Shown here one piece after another: positions 55,647-64,000 of a stretch of 64,000 nt of DNA (within the stretch, counting starts at the first letter, position 1; every line of letters begins with the position of its first letter). A model generated the notes under the pieces. The model saw nothing but the letters and a program-made list of their open reading frames with translations, was not told the DNA's origin and made no database searches. Where the stretch lies: sequence record PP496439.1; one strand, given 5' to 3'. A program made the position numbers and the translations under genes.

Positions 55647-55701
55647 TTCTTAATTACAGCGGTCCACTACGGGCTTTATACAATCCGATGGAGATAAGAT
55701 C

Positions 55702-56220
55702 ATGGCTTCGAAAAAGCGTGGCAACACCCCCGTTGCAGAATCCACTGGCGCTGGTACGCCGGTCACCGAAAACGAAAAGACTTCACCCAACCTGATTCAG
55801 ACCCAGATTCCTTCGGCTGAGTCCAGTGCGGAGAAGATCGCTGAGTCCGATGTTGCGCCGACCGGTGAACCCGTTCAAGAGCGACACGAAGGCCAGCACG
55901 AAGATTCGGTCAGCTCGGAACAAGTTGGTGATCTGGCTTCCATCATGGGCAACGGAGACACCGCCAAGCAAGACGCCCCAGTGGAACAGGATCAGTCCGA
56001 GGACACCCAATCGGAACCGCGTCAAGAAGCTACCGAAGCCGGTATCGCACTGGCCGACAAGATCTCGGAACTGGAAACCAACGGTGACACCGCTGAAGAG
56101 CTGCGCCACAAAGTCAGCGGCGAAGGTGGCATCATGGATCAGTTGAACAAGCTGGCTGAAGGTAGCGAGCGTGAAGAGCTGACCCAGCGTGCACAAGCAA
56201 TTCTGGTTAACCGCGTCTAA
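55702..56220 (+). CDS. Acidic, largely disordered hypothetical protein
   Basis: GGAGA RBS. Confidence 0.8.
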   Translation: MASKKRGNTPVAESTGAGTPVTENEKTSPNLIQTQIPSAESSAEKIAESDVAPTGEPVQERHEGQHEDSVSSEQVGDLASIMGNGDTAKQDAPVEQDQSEDTQSEPRQEATEAGIALADKISELETNGDTAEELRHKVSGEGGIMDQLNKLAEGSEREELTQRAQAILVNRV

Positions 56221-56233
56221 ATCTTCGGCGCGC

Positions 56234-56275
56234 AAAAAACCCCACTCGCGTACATCACGGGTGGGGTTTTGTTTT
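56234..56275. terminator. Bidirectional terminator between convergent genes
   Basis: AAAAAACCCCAC...GTGGGGTTTTGTTTT. Confidence 0.8.
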
Positions 56276-56358
56276 ATCTACAGTACGGCTTCGCAGGCTA
56301 GCGTGTGGGCGCGTTGGCTATCCCAGCCCGGTCGATATGGCCCCAAGCCGGGGTAAAC

Positions 56359-56380
56359 CCGCCTGCGTGATCCTACGCGG
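56359..56380. repeat. 22-nt exact direct repeat, copy 2
   Basis: Identical to 15414-15435; overlaps the endolysin stop codon. Confidence 0.85.
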
Positions 56381-57047
56381 CCAGTGCGGCAGCGGCGATA
56401 TCCCACAAACGCTTCCGGTCGTCCGCGCCGATCTGACCGCCGTTGATGGCCTGGGTCACATCGAAGAAGCGCCCGGCATCAGCCAGCTTGTTGCAGTTGT
56501 TCTCATCCCAGTAGTCGGCAGCTGCCATGAAGCCTGCTTCGGGCAACGCCAGCAGATCCGGGTTGTTGATGAGTGGGATACCCAGCTTGTTCTGCAACTT
56601 GAGGTACTCCGCTTTGCCGGTACGCATGATCGGGCAACGACCTCGGTACTTCCACCCGTCACCACTCGCCTCGTCGCCGTTACCCATGCGGTTCGCATAA
56701 CAGTTGTTGGCGATGGCCTGGGGTTTGCGCGCCAGCTTGATCGCCAGTGCGTTAGGTGCAACGCGTACTTGCCCTTTGTCGTTGGTTATCTTGACGCGCT
56801 TGCCATTAGCGTCTACCAACCCGTAGCGAGTCGGCCAGGTGTTTGCCAATCCGTCGGCGCTGTAGTTCAAGCCTTCCTCGAACTTGGCAAGGTCACCCGA
56901 CTCATGGTCGATCTGGCCGAGGAACATCGCCATGCGTTGCTTGTTAAGGCTGATCAGGTACTTGTCCATGGCAGCTTGCAGTGGCTTAAGATAAGCCATG
57001 GGCGCCGACGGGAAGATTTTCTTGAATTGCAATTCAGTAAGCAGCAT
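56373..57047 (-). CDS. Glycoside hydrolase family 19 endolysin
   Basis: FLGQIDHESG, EGLNYS, YANRMGNGD..SGDGWKYRGR, INGG motifs; GGAG RBS favours ATG 57047 (57062 alternative). Confidence 0.9.
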   Translation of the reverse strand: MLLTELQFKKIFPSAPMAYLKPLQAAMDKYLISLNKQRMAMFLGQIDHESGDLAKFEEGLNYSADGLANTWPTRYGLVDANGKRVKITNDKGQVRVAPNALAIKLARKPQAIANNCYANRMGNGDEASGDGWKYRGRCPIMRTGKAEYLKLQNKLGIPLINNPDLLALPEAGFMAAADYWDENNCNKLADAGRFFDVTQAINGGQIGADDRKRLWDIAAAALAA

Positions 57048-57375
57048 GGGGTACATCTCCATTGTTCAGGGTAGACAACATTGCCTGCCAGTCTCCGGTG
57101 TTGGGCATTCCATCTTCATGGAACCGGAGGGGCACGACGGGGTGAATGGATAAGGCGTGGTCACGCATTCGCAGCAGAATGGTATCGATGGCCGTGTCAA
57201 CGGACTCACCTCGGTATTCCATTCGTTGCAGTATCTCTTCCCGGAACATACGGAACTGCTCCGGTGGGAAGTTGTACTCAAGACATCGGGCGTGGATGTC
57301 AGCCTTATTCCTCTGGTAGTACGTGACCATTGCGGTAACCCTCGGACATCTGGGGGTGTTGCGTGTTTTGCTCAT
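57034..57375 (-). CDS. Hypothetical protein co-transcribed with the endolysin
   Basis: GGAGAGGGAG RBS on the minus strand; overlaps the endolysin start; no TM segment. Confidence 0.7.
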   Translation of the reverse strand: MSKTRNTPRCPRVTAMVTYYQRNKADIHARCLEYNFPPEQFRMFREEILQRMEYRGESVDTAIDTILLRMRDHALSIHPVVPLRFHEDGMPNTGDWQAMLSTLNNGDVPHAAY

Positions 57376-57507
57376 TGCTCCCTCTCCATGAGGTGTGCTA
57401 AGTGGATGACGGACAGATTAATAATTATTTTGATGTCGCTCGGAATTACGCAAATGGCAGGCTGTAAATAGCTGTAAAATCCAACCACCAATAGCAAGGA
57501 CCTTAGC

Positions 57508-58275
57508 ATGGGCTCTATTCTCTATACCCACCGTCAGATCGTCAATACTCCCAACCTCCGTAAGGAAGCCCGTGAAAGCAAGAGCTTCAAGGAGTACAGC
57601 AAGACCGTCGCGAAGAAAGCCAAGCGCTTGCCGATTCCGGTCCTGTATGTAGACGGCACCCCTACCACCGAACAATTCAGCCGCCTGCTGAATGACCGCT
57701 TGATCTTTCTGGTGTGCTTGTTCCCCCCGACCGCCAGCATCGAGAAGCTTACCGAGCTGTCCAAGGTGTTCAGCAGCCAGCCGTGGTATCTGAACATCAA
57801 CAAGATCAAGGTGTACCAGCTGGACGGCTGCATGGTGACGCGCACCAACCAGACCACCAAAGAAACCACCGAAGAGTTCGACTTCCGTACTGCGCAGATG
57901 TACGCCGTGCAAGAGATCGACAAACTGCTCAACACGCAGGAAGGCCAGATTCTGGCGGCGGCTCAATGCCGTATCGTACCAGAAGGCCAGCCGGACACAT
58001 GGGCACAAGGCGGTGGTGTCACCACGAAGCTGCAAGGCGCACCCGCTGACCAGCAAACCAGCCTGAGTGTTGGTGGGAAGTCGGCGGCAGAGATTCAGGC
58101 GGGTGTGTCCGAAGGTGAAGCGCAGGATGAAACGGAGTATCTGCTTAGCACTCCGGCTAACGCTGAACGTCTTCGCCGGTCCATCGCTGAATTGAGCCGT
58201 AAACCTATTCGCGGTCTTGACGGCAAGTTCATCAAGATGGACCAATCTTCGTTCAAGAAGGAGGACGGGGAATGA
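57508..58275 (+). CDS. Hypothetical protein carrying a C-terminal YefM-antitoxin-like segment
   Basis: AAGGA RBS; ETEYLLSTPANAERLRRSIAEL at 58129-58194. Confidence 0.8.
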   Translation: MGSILYTHRQIVNTPNLRKEARESKSFKEYSKTVAKKAKRLPIPVLYVDGTPTTEQFSRLLNDRLIFLVCLFPPTASIEKLTELSKVFSSQPWYLNINKIKVYQLDGCMVTRTNQTTKETTEEFDFRTAQMYAVQEIDKLLNTQEGQILAAAQCRIVPEGQPDTWAQGGGVTTKLQGAPADQQTSLSVGGKSAAEIQAGVSEGEAQDETEYLLSTPANAERLRRSIAELSRKPIRGLDGKFIKMDQSSFKKEDGE

Positions 58276-58685
58276 GCCTGAGTTACCGTCCCGGCATTAC
58301 CCAAGCGCTCAACCTGCTGGATACGTACCCGGCGGACCGTGACCCACTGGAGGTACTGACCGAATACCGCGAGATGTTGGTAAAGGAACTGGACGACAAC
58401 CTGCCGACCCTGAAAGAGGTACAGGATTGGATGAGTCGCGTCCTGTATCAGAACCATGGCAATCCGTCGCGATCAGAATTTGAGCGCCGGGCTAAGGAAG
58501 AACTGGGTATGGACTTCAGGTTCACTCATGCAGATCGTACGGGCGCGGGTAAGCTCATCGCCGCCCTCACCTGCAAACGCCGCACGGTAAATATCACACT
58601 GGAACCTACCAAGGTACCTCCACGCGGTCAGATGTCCGAGGGCCGGGAACGGCTCCAGATTACCGCAATCAATGTAGAGGAATGA
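58272..58685 (+). CDS. Hypothetical protein
   Basis: GGAGG RBS; ATGA overlaps at both ends. Confidence 0.75.
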   Translation: MSLSYRPGITQALNLLDTYPADRDPLEVLTEYREMLVKELDDNLPTLKEVQDWMSRVLYQNHGNPSRSEFERRAKEELGMDFRFTHADRTGAGKLIAALTCKRRTVNITLEPTKVPPRGQMSEGRERLQITAINVEE

Positions 58686-59629
58686 CCATGGCCTTAGCAG
58701 CCAAGAAAAAGATCCGTCTGAAACGGCGGGATCGGGACAAGGCGGAGCAGCCACCGGTCGAGTCCACCAAGGCCTCGGTGCGCAACATCGTTGGCATCTG
58801 CAACCACAACCCGTATCAGGTAGGCCAGCTGTTGCCTAGCGAGCCTGCGGTTATGGGAATGGACGGGAAGATCACGGGTGCACGTCGCGCCCAATACCTG
58901 TTTGTGCCATATGTCGCCACTCTGCTCCAGTTCCGGGATACCGTGCTGGCGTTCAAAGGGACCGTGATCGTCTTCGATGATCCGGTCAAGCTGGACCACG
59001 TGCTTCAGATTGGTAACGTGCTGGACATCGTGACCAAGAACCATAGCTACCAGTACACCTTCGGCCCGCTTACTTCGGCCAAGCTGGTAGCCGCAGACGA
59101 GCCCCGGCGCCCAATTATGATCGATCAGGAACGGGTCAACGTTCTGCCGAACATGATCAATGCGGTGCAGGGCAGTATCGCTCAAGTTATTATGGAAGCC
59201 ACGCAGAGCCTGATCCCGACCGTCAAGTCGGATGTGCTCAAGACCATCTTCTCGTGGATCAGCGAGTCCGACTTGACCCCGGATCTGCTGTTGCAGGAAC
59301 TGGAAAGGTTGAACGTGGAGGATCCTGAGGTTATGATGGCGCCGTTGCTGGCGTTCCTTGGCACCGAGCAGGGTCAGAAGACATGCAAAGCTTTCGCAAT
59401 GGTGGCAGATTACAAGGCCAAAGGGAAAAGCGTTCCGTATCCGAAGATTGAAAAGGCGACCGGTGTTCCGTCATTCGATCTGCAGTTTGCCATTCGCTAC
59501 ATTCGCCGGACAACCTCTGTGCGTCGGCCAGGTATGACGTTGAGTCAGATCCATGCGGCGCGTAAACTCAAATCCAACAATGATGTTCTGGGCGGGATCG
59601 ATGATCCCGAGGACGAAGAAGATGTTTGA
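58682..59629 (+). CDS. Hypothetical protein
   Basis: GAGGA RBS; phage-like codon usage. Confidence 0.8.
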   Translation: MTMALAAKKKIRLKRRDRDKAEQPPVESTKASVRNIVGICNHNPYQVGQLLPSEPAVMGMDGKITGARRAQYLFVPYVATLLQFRDTVLAFKGTVIVFDDPVKLDHVLQIGNVLDIVTKNHSYQYTFGPLTSAKLVAADEPRRPIMIDQERVNVLPNMINAVQGSIAQVIMEATQSLIPTVKSDVLKTIFSWISESDLTPDLLLQELERLNVEDPEVMMAPLLAFLGTEQGQKTCKAFAMVADYKAKGKSVPYPKIEKATGVPSFDLQFAIRYIRRTTSVRRPGMTLSQIHAARKLKSNNDVLGGIDDPEDEEDV

Positions 59630-60536
59630 GACAATTATGCGAGGGGGCTTAGCATCCTTCATCTACATCGCGATTATCATCGTGGTTATCGTCTGGGTGG
59701 TCAATTCGATATACCGACAGAAAAAGATTGCCCAGATCCGGCAGCACGAACGGCAAGTCAAGCAGACGGAGCAGGACCGCAAGGACGTAATCTCCGACGC
59801 TGAAGACGCCCGTCCCATCGAATACGTGACAGAAGACACGGGCATGTCGGTTCCCAACTTCTTCCTGTCCAAGTTCATCGAAGAGCTGGCGCTGGTCACC
59901 AGTGCGTCGGTGCGCAGGCTCAGCCCGGTGGCCGGTGCAGAAAGTCTGGAGGACTTGCGAGTTGAGTTCTCCCGGCTGCAAGCGTTGCTCCACCTTCAGT
60001 TCGAGCAAGTCGTTGGTCCCGTTCTTGAAGAAGAGATGCGGTCCACGTACGAACGGGTTGAAGCAGCGTTGGCCGACGCCAAGGCGAAAGGCATGGTGCG
60101 AGGCGAACGTGAATTCGGTAGCCTGCCGCATACGCAACCGCCGCGTGAGTATCGCACCTACACCAATGAACGACTGGGTATCCGCGTGCACAGCACCATG
60201 TCGGACATCGAGGTTGCGGAAGCAGTAAAGTGGTCAGAGGGGTTGGTAATCGCGCCCGCTTCGGAAGCTGACAGGGTGGATAAGTTCCGTGAACTCTTGC
60301 AGCAGGGTCAGGTCAACGAAGTAAAGGTTGAACTGATCAATTCCCCGGAACCGCAGATCTATCGTCATCGGTTCGAAGGCTTGAACGTAACCACTACGCT
60401 GCCCCGTGAAGAGGTGGCCGCTGTGGTAAAACCCTATCTGGGGATGGCGGTCACCGAGTCGGTACTGGAAGAGATTAAGTTCATCCTCCAGCAGAAGACC
60501 AGTGACGCAGTAATCGTCGATACAGACGCTACGTAA
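59622..60536 (+). CDS. N-terminally membrane-anchored protein with two short C-terminal repeats
   Basis: TM segment LASFIYIAIIIVVIVWVV; repeats ERLGIRVHSTMSDIEVAEAVK and FEGLNVTTTLPREEVAAVVK. Confidence 0.75.
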   Translation: MFETIMRGGLASFIYIAIIIVVIVWVVNSIYRQKKIAQIRQHERQVKQTEQDRKDVISDAEDARPIEYVTEDTGMSVPNFFLSKFIEELALVTSASVRRLSPVAGAESLEDLRVEFSRLQALLHLQFEQVVGPVLEEEMRSTYERVEAALADAKAKGMVRGEREFGSLPHTQPPREYRTYTNERLGIRVHSTMSDIEVAEAVKWSEGLVIAPASEADRVDKFRELLQQGQVNEVKVELINSPEPQIYRHRFEGLNVTTTLPREEVAAVVKPYLGMAVTESVLEEIKFILQQKTSDAVIVDTDAT

Positions 60537-60541
60537 TACTC

Positions 60542-60570
60542 AGGGTGTTCCTTTCTGGAACACCCTTTTT
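60542..60570 (+). terminator. Rho-independent terminator
   Basis: AGGGTGTTCC/GGAACACCCT stem plus T run. Confidence 0.85.
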
Positions 60571-60585
60571 CATTTGGAGATCGTA

Positions 60586-60822
60586 ATGGCTAAAGCAACC
60601 TGCTACGGAATCTGCCCACAATGCGGCAGCGATGTCACCAAGGTGAACTTCCGCGATGACACCATGACCTGTTTAGGTGGGCACCAGTGCACCTTCGAGC
60701 GTATGATCAGTCTGGTGGGTGTAGTGGACGAACCACCTACGGCGGAACTGATTGACATGGCACAGAACGCCCACGTGTTGCGACCACCCTCTTGCTACGC
60801 ACGACTGCTTACTCGGGATTGA
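60586..60822 (+). CDS. Small Zn-ribbon protein
   Basis: GGAGA RBS; CPQCG...CLGGH. Confidence 0.7.
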   Translation: MAKATCYGICPQCGSDVTKVNFRDDTMTCLGGHQCTFERMISLVGVVDEPPTAELIDMAQNAHVLRPPSCYARLLTRD

Positions 60823-60884
60823 CAGCTCTGGTAAATGATGTCATACTAGTGGCAAAGCCACGTACTGCGCGGGAGCAGTGAGCC

Positions 60885-61283
60885 ATGAGTAAGCAACGCA
60901 CCACCAAGAAGCAACGCGAAGAACAGCAGGCACGACAGCGGGAGGAAGCCCGCCTGAAGAAGGAACGGGATCACGCATTCCGTCCACTCTTTGGGACTGG
61001 CGGTTCCGGGCGTAAGACACCTAACCGGGTGCCTACGCTGGAGACTCCAGTGTACGCCAAAGACAGCAAGCACGTACCCTCGCTGATCACGGCCAAGCCG
61101 TTCAACAATCAGGTGCCGGTCCAGTACGATGAAGAGATGTCGGTACGGGAAGCCGCTGCCCAAGTAGAGATTGCACAGAAACGCAAGCGGGTCGCGGTCG
61201 TCTGCCACAAGTCTGGCTACCAGTATGTCGGTGAAGCGGAAGATCCGAAAACGTTCGGCAAGAAATCTCAAGCACTGGAGTAG
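60885..61283 (+). CDS. Basic conserved-looking phage hypothetical protein
   Basis: EMSVREAAAQVEIAQKRKRVAVVCHKSGYQYV resembles a common myovirus family; not named with confidence. Confidence 0.75.
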   Translation: MSKQRTTKKQREEQQARQREEARLKKERDHAFRPLFGTGGSGRKTPNRVPTLETPVYAKDSKHVPSLITAKPFNNQVPVQYDEEMSVREAAAQVEIAQKRKRVAVVCHKSGYQYVGEAEDPKTFGKKSQALE

Positions 61284-61284
61284 G

Positions 61285-61446
61285 ATGATGGACAGTGAAG
61301 ACAGGCAACCGTGCCCTAACAGAGAGTGTCAGCACAAGACTTACGAGTCACACACCTGCCCGTACAAGGAAAGTGTGAATGACGATACAGAGTCCCTGTG
61401 CCATTGCTGTGAGAACTGCAAACAACAATGTGCGGAGGACATCTGA
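61285..61446 (+). CDS. 53-aa Cys-rich protein
   Basis: HTCPY...LCHCCENC...C; GGAG RBS. Confidence 0.65.
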   Translation: MMDSEDRQPCPNRECQHKTYESHTCPYKESVNDDTESLCHCCENCKQQCAEDI

Positions 61447-61862
61447 TGCTAGAAGTTCTTATGTGGGTCGTGGGAATAGTCGCATCTGTATGCGCGTTCC
61501 CCTTCGTGTTCATCTGGACTCATGATCTGTTAGTCAAGCCCACGACGAACAATAGAACCATCGACGGAGGGCATAGCTGTCCGTACGCGAACATGACGGA
61601 TGAAGAGTTGTACGACTTCGAAGCAGATTCCTTTCATGGTATCAAGCCAGAGAATCGTACATGGCCGACACTGGCAGCCTTCCTGATGTATCAAGACCGT
61701 AAGTCTGCATCGAAGGAGCTAGCAGTGGCGACGGAACCGCTGGAAGGTGAGTTGCTTTATCCCGAGATGGAAGTCAGGGAGAACACTGCGGTTATTGCTA
61801 ATGATGCCTGGCTAGCTACCAAAGGAATATACCGGGACCGAGATCCCAAGTGGCCCCACTAA
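61446..61862 (+). CDS. Membrane-anchored hypothetical protein
   Basis: GGAGG RBS; N-terminal TM segment. Confidence 0.65.
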   Translation: MLEVLMWVVGIVASVCAFPFVFIWTHDLLVKPTTNNRTIDGGHSCPYANMTDEELYDFEADSFHGIKPENRTWPTLAAFLMYQDRKSASKELAVATEPLEGELLYPEMEVRENTAVIANDAWLATKGIYRDRDPKWPH

Positions 61863-61894
61863 TCCTCTACACGCTGGCCTGATAGGAGATCCAC

Positions 61895-62371
61895 GTGAAC
61901 AAGATTGATGATGACATGCGACTGGCTCACGAACTGGCCGAGGTAATAGCGTCAGTTCCTTCCAGCTGCGAAAGAGTGGTTGTCTTGGTCCCTGACCACT
62001 ATGAAGCTCTGGGTAAGTCCAGCGTGCTGCTGGACACTGTAGACCGGCTACGGAATGCAGGTATCGTGGTGGACGTTATGAGCCCCGGAGATGTCCGTAA
62101 GCTGGAGGGGGTGGAGTCCAACCCCTTGGATGGTGTTCATCTTCCAATGGATTTCTCCGCCCTAGAGGAACGGGCAGCTCGGTCTATGTTCTTCGACTCC
62201 TATCAGGATCTGTCGGGTACGGATACCGGTTCAGACAGGAATCAGTTCAGACATACGCCGACCGCCCGCATCACCTCGCATCCGTTGAGAGCTCTGGACT
62301 ACATCCAGAAGGGCAGCGGCAAACTTTCCAAGGGCATGAAACTCATGCTGAAAAAGCAAAGGGGTTGGTAA
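61895..62371 (+). CDS. Hypothetical protein
   Basis: AGGAG RBS, GTG start. Confidence 0.7.
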   Translation: MNKIDDDMRLAHELAEVIASVPSSCERVVVLVPDHYEALGKSSVLLDTVDRLRNAGIVVDVMSPGDVRKLEGVESNPLDGVHLPMDFSALEERAARSMFFDSYQDLSGTDTGSDRNQFRHTPTARITSHPLRALDYIQKGSGKLSKGMKLMLKKQRGW

Positions 62372-62372
62372 C

Positions 62373-63002
62373 ATGATCATCAATACTGCGAAGAAGATAC
62401 TGGAGCAGGAAGTTCAGCCTGCTTTGTGTAAGCTCAACCTGTCGGACCGTACCGACATCGGCTGCTTCCTCCTGAATGATCTGGGAAGGATCAACGCCAA
62501 TCACGACATGATCATTGGTGGCCTGTTCAACCAAGAACTGTGTCTGGCTTTCTACATGTTGCTGAATTCAGATGTGGCGACTTCGCTGGAACAGGCTGTC
62601 AGTGCTGACGTGATCAAAGAAATCAATACCATGAAGGCGTATATCTATCACCAGAAGGGTTTGATCGGCGGGCGACTTCCCGAACCAACCTTGCTGTTAC
62701 GGGCACTGACCAACCCTCTGGTATCCCCTGCCGTGCGTGATCCATTCTTCAGTGGGCAGCGACATTATCAGACGTGTAGCGATACCCGGTTTCGCTTCAA
62801 TGCTCAACACGCCAAAGCACCGGAAGGGTCAGTAAAAGAACTGGCTGCGAAGTACGGGGTGTCGATCAGTGAGGTGCGCCGGTTGAAAGCTGCGGGCCAA
62901 CTACATACCCTCGGCCAGTCAGCCGAACCCCAACCAGACGCGGCTGCCGACGAACAAAAGGTAGCCCAAACCAAAGCCCTGCTTGAGAGCTTACTGCCAT
63001 GA
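62373..63002 (+). CDS. Hypothetical protein with a C-terminal helix-turn-helix
   Basis: SVKELAAKYGVSISEVRRLKAAG HTH pattern. Confidence 0.7.
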   Translation: MIINTAKKILEQEVQPALCKLNLSDRTDIGCFLLNDLGRINANHDMIIGGLFNQELCLAFYMLLNSDVATSLEQAVSADVIKEINTMKAYIYHQKGLIGGRLPEPTLLLRALTNPLVSPAVRDPFFSGQRHYQTCSDTRFRFNAQHAKAPEGSVKELAAKYGVSISEVRRLKAAGQLHTLGQSAEPQPDAAADEQKVAQTKALLESLLP

Positions 63003-64000
63003 CAGATGCAACGTTGGACACGTACGGTGACCTGCTGGTCGAAAATGCTACCAAGATCGTTGCTGATTTCTTGGAGAACGTGATCACTCCGGTTACACTG
63101 GCGTTGGAGAAAGACTACCCGGCCAAGTTCAAAATCCTCAAGACCAGGCTGGCTCAAATGGCTGGCAGCGCAATGAGCCTCCCCGTAGCCGTTGTGGCAA
63201 TGCGTAACCTTCCGTTCTACGTGTTGCTGAGTTCACCGCGTCAGGTCAGTCACATCATCACTCTTGCCAAAGCCATGATGCCCGAAGGATTGCCGTTGAA
63301 GGCTCTAGGGGCCAAGTACCACGAAGACGTTATTGCCGCTCTGACTAGGGTACTGGTTGAACGTGGTGTAGGTGACATGTTTCTCGGCAATCGAATAGCT
63401 GATCTGCCCAAGTCGCCGGTAACGGAAGCCGAACGGAAGGAAGATCCATTCGCCAACGTAGATCACGACTCCGATCACGTGCATGAATTGAGCGAGATGC
63501 TGTCTCCGGCTGGCGTCCCATGGTACATCTCCAACGACCGGATCAAAGCCGACCGCAAGGACGCAGGCGGTGCGATGGACGCTGCCATGGTGATGGTTAG
63601 CGAGCGCCACGCCAAACGACACCTGGTCGAGCTGGTGAACGCTGCGCTGCTATTCAAGCCGCCGGTCAAGCACCCGTACCCTATCTCGGAGTATTCCGCC
63701 GAAGATTGGTGGGTGAAAGAGATTGAGGGCATTGCGTCGTCTCTGGTGCCGTTGACTGCAGATCAGTACCGCGCTATCCACATCGCCCGGAACTTCGCCC
63801 GTCTGGTGTTCGACACCGTAGCGGCACCTAGCGATGACCAGATCGTTTATCAGTTCCGCTCGCGCTGGGAAAAGGAAGGAGAGTGGACTGACTGGATGAC
63901 CGCCCGGAAGGAAGATTTCGATACGCTAAAGAAGAAGTTCGCCGAAGACCTAGCCCTAAAGCTGTACGAGTTCCGTCTCCTGCGCGTTATTCCTGAGGTG
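62999..64000 (+). CDS. Hypothetical protein, truncated by the window end (absent from the ORF track)
   Basis: ATG overlaps the upstream TGA; frame checked open for 334 codons to 64000. Confidence 0.75.
   Translation, partial: MTDATLDTYGDLLVENATKIVADFLENVITPVTLALEKDYPAKFKILKTRLAQMAGSAMSLPVAVVAMRNLPFYVLLSSPRQVSHIITLAKAMMPEGLPLKALGAKYHEDVIAALTRVLVERGVGDMFLGNRIADLPKSPVTEAERKEDPFANVDHDSDHVHELSEMLSPAGVPWYISNDRIKADRKDAGGAMDAAMVMVSERHAKRHLVELVNAALLFKPPVKHPYPISEYSAEDWWVKEIEGIASSLVPLTADQYRAIHIARNFARLVFDTVAAPSDDQIVYQFRSRWEKEGEWTDWMTARKEDFDTLKKKFAEDLALKLYEFRLLRVIPEV

Noticed and set aside
62150-62176. DFSALEERA resembles family A DNA polymerase motif A
   Set aside because: The protein is only 158 aa and has no other polymerase motifs; treated as a short coincidental or fragmentary match.
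1-64000. Long minus-strand ORFs in the track (e.g. 5323-6576, 18237-19469, 30323-32329, 38685-39746)
   Set aside because: They are antisense shadows of strongly codon-biased plus-strand genes, with no RBS or recognisable motifs.
1-64000. tRNA, tmRNA, rRNA, CRISPR array, integrase or transposase
   Set aside because: No T-loop/acceptor cloverleaf, repeat-spacer periodicity or recombinase motifs were seen by eye. A tRNAscan/CRISPR scan would be definitive.

Overview
This 64 kb window is a gene-dense segment of a large (jumbo-type) tailed phage genome, roughly 55-60% GC by eye. Almost all genes are on the + strand. The only convincing minus-strand genes are a GH19 endolysin and its upstream partner (56373-57375). 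From 5' to 3' the window holds: (1) a packaging/head module with terminase large subunit, probable portal, Lys-rich Tudor-module proteins and a probable prohead protease; (2) early accessory genes behind sigma70-type promoters; (3) nucleotide-metabolism and replication genes (QueD-like, NrdA, NrdB plus a metal-site-dead NrdB paralog, ThyA, DHFR, HD 5'-nucleotidase, nucleoside deoxyribosyltransferase-like, dimeric dUTPase, MazG-like, SbcD, SbcC, DnaX-like clamp loader), interspersed with many hypothetical genes. Gene content resembles the Lu11/PaBG/RSL1 type of proteobacterial jumbo myovirus; this is an inference from memory, not a search result. I saw no tRNA, rRNA, CRISPR array, integrase or transposase. 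The most notable observations are: an intact but metal-site-dead NrdB paralog that keeps the alpha-binding C-terminal tail (reminiscent of yeast Rnr4); two stand-alone antitoxin toxin-neutralising segments (TacA/DUF1778-like micro-ORF missing from the ORF track, and a YefM-like segment) suggesting antitoxin mimicry; a low-GC ADP-ribosyltransferase grafted onto a duplicated phage module; a PF13876 (Gp49/66, putative Acb4 sponge) domain; and several phage-specific cis motifs. All family assignments come from motif recognition by eye, without database searches.
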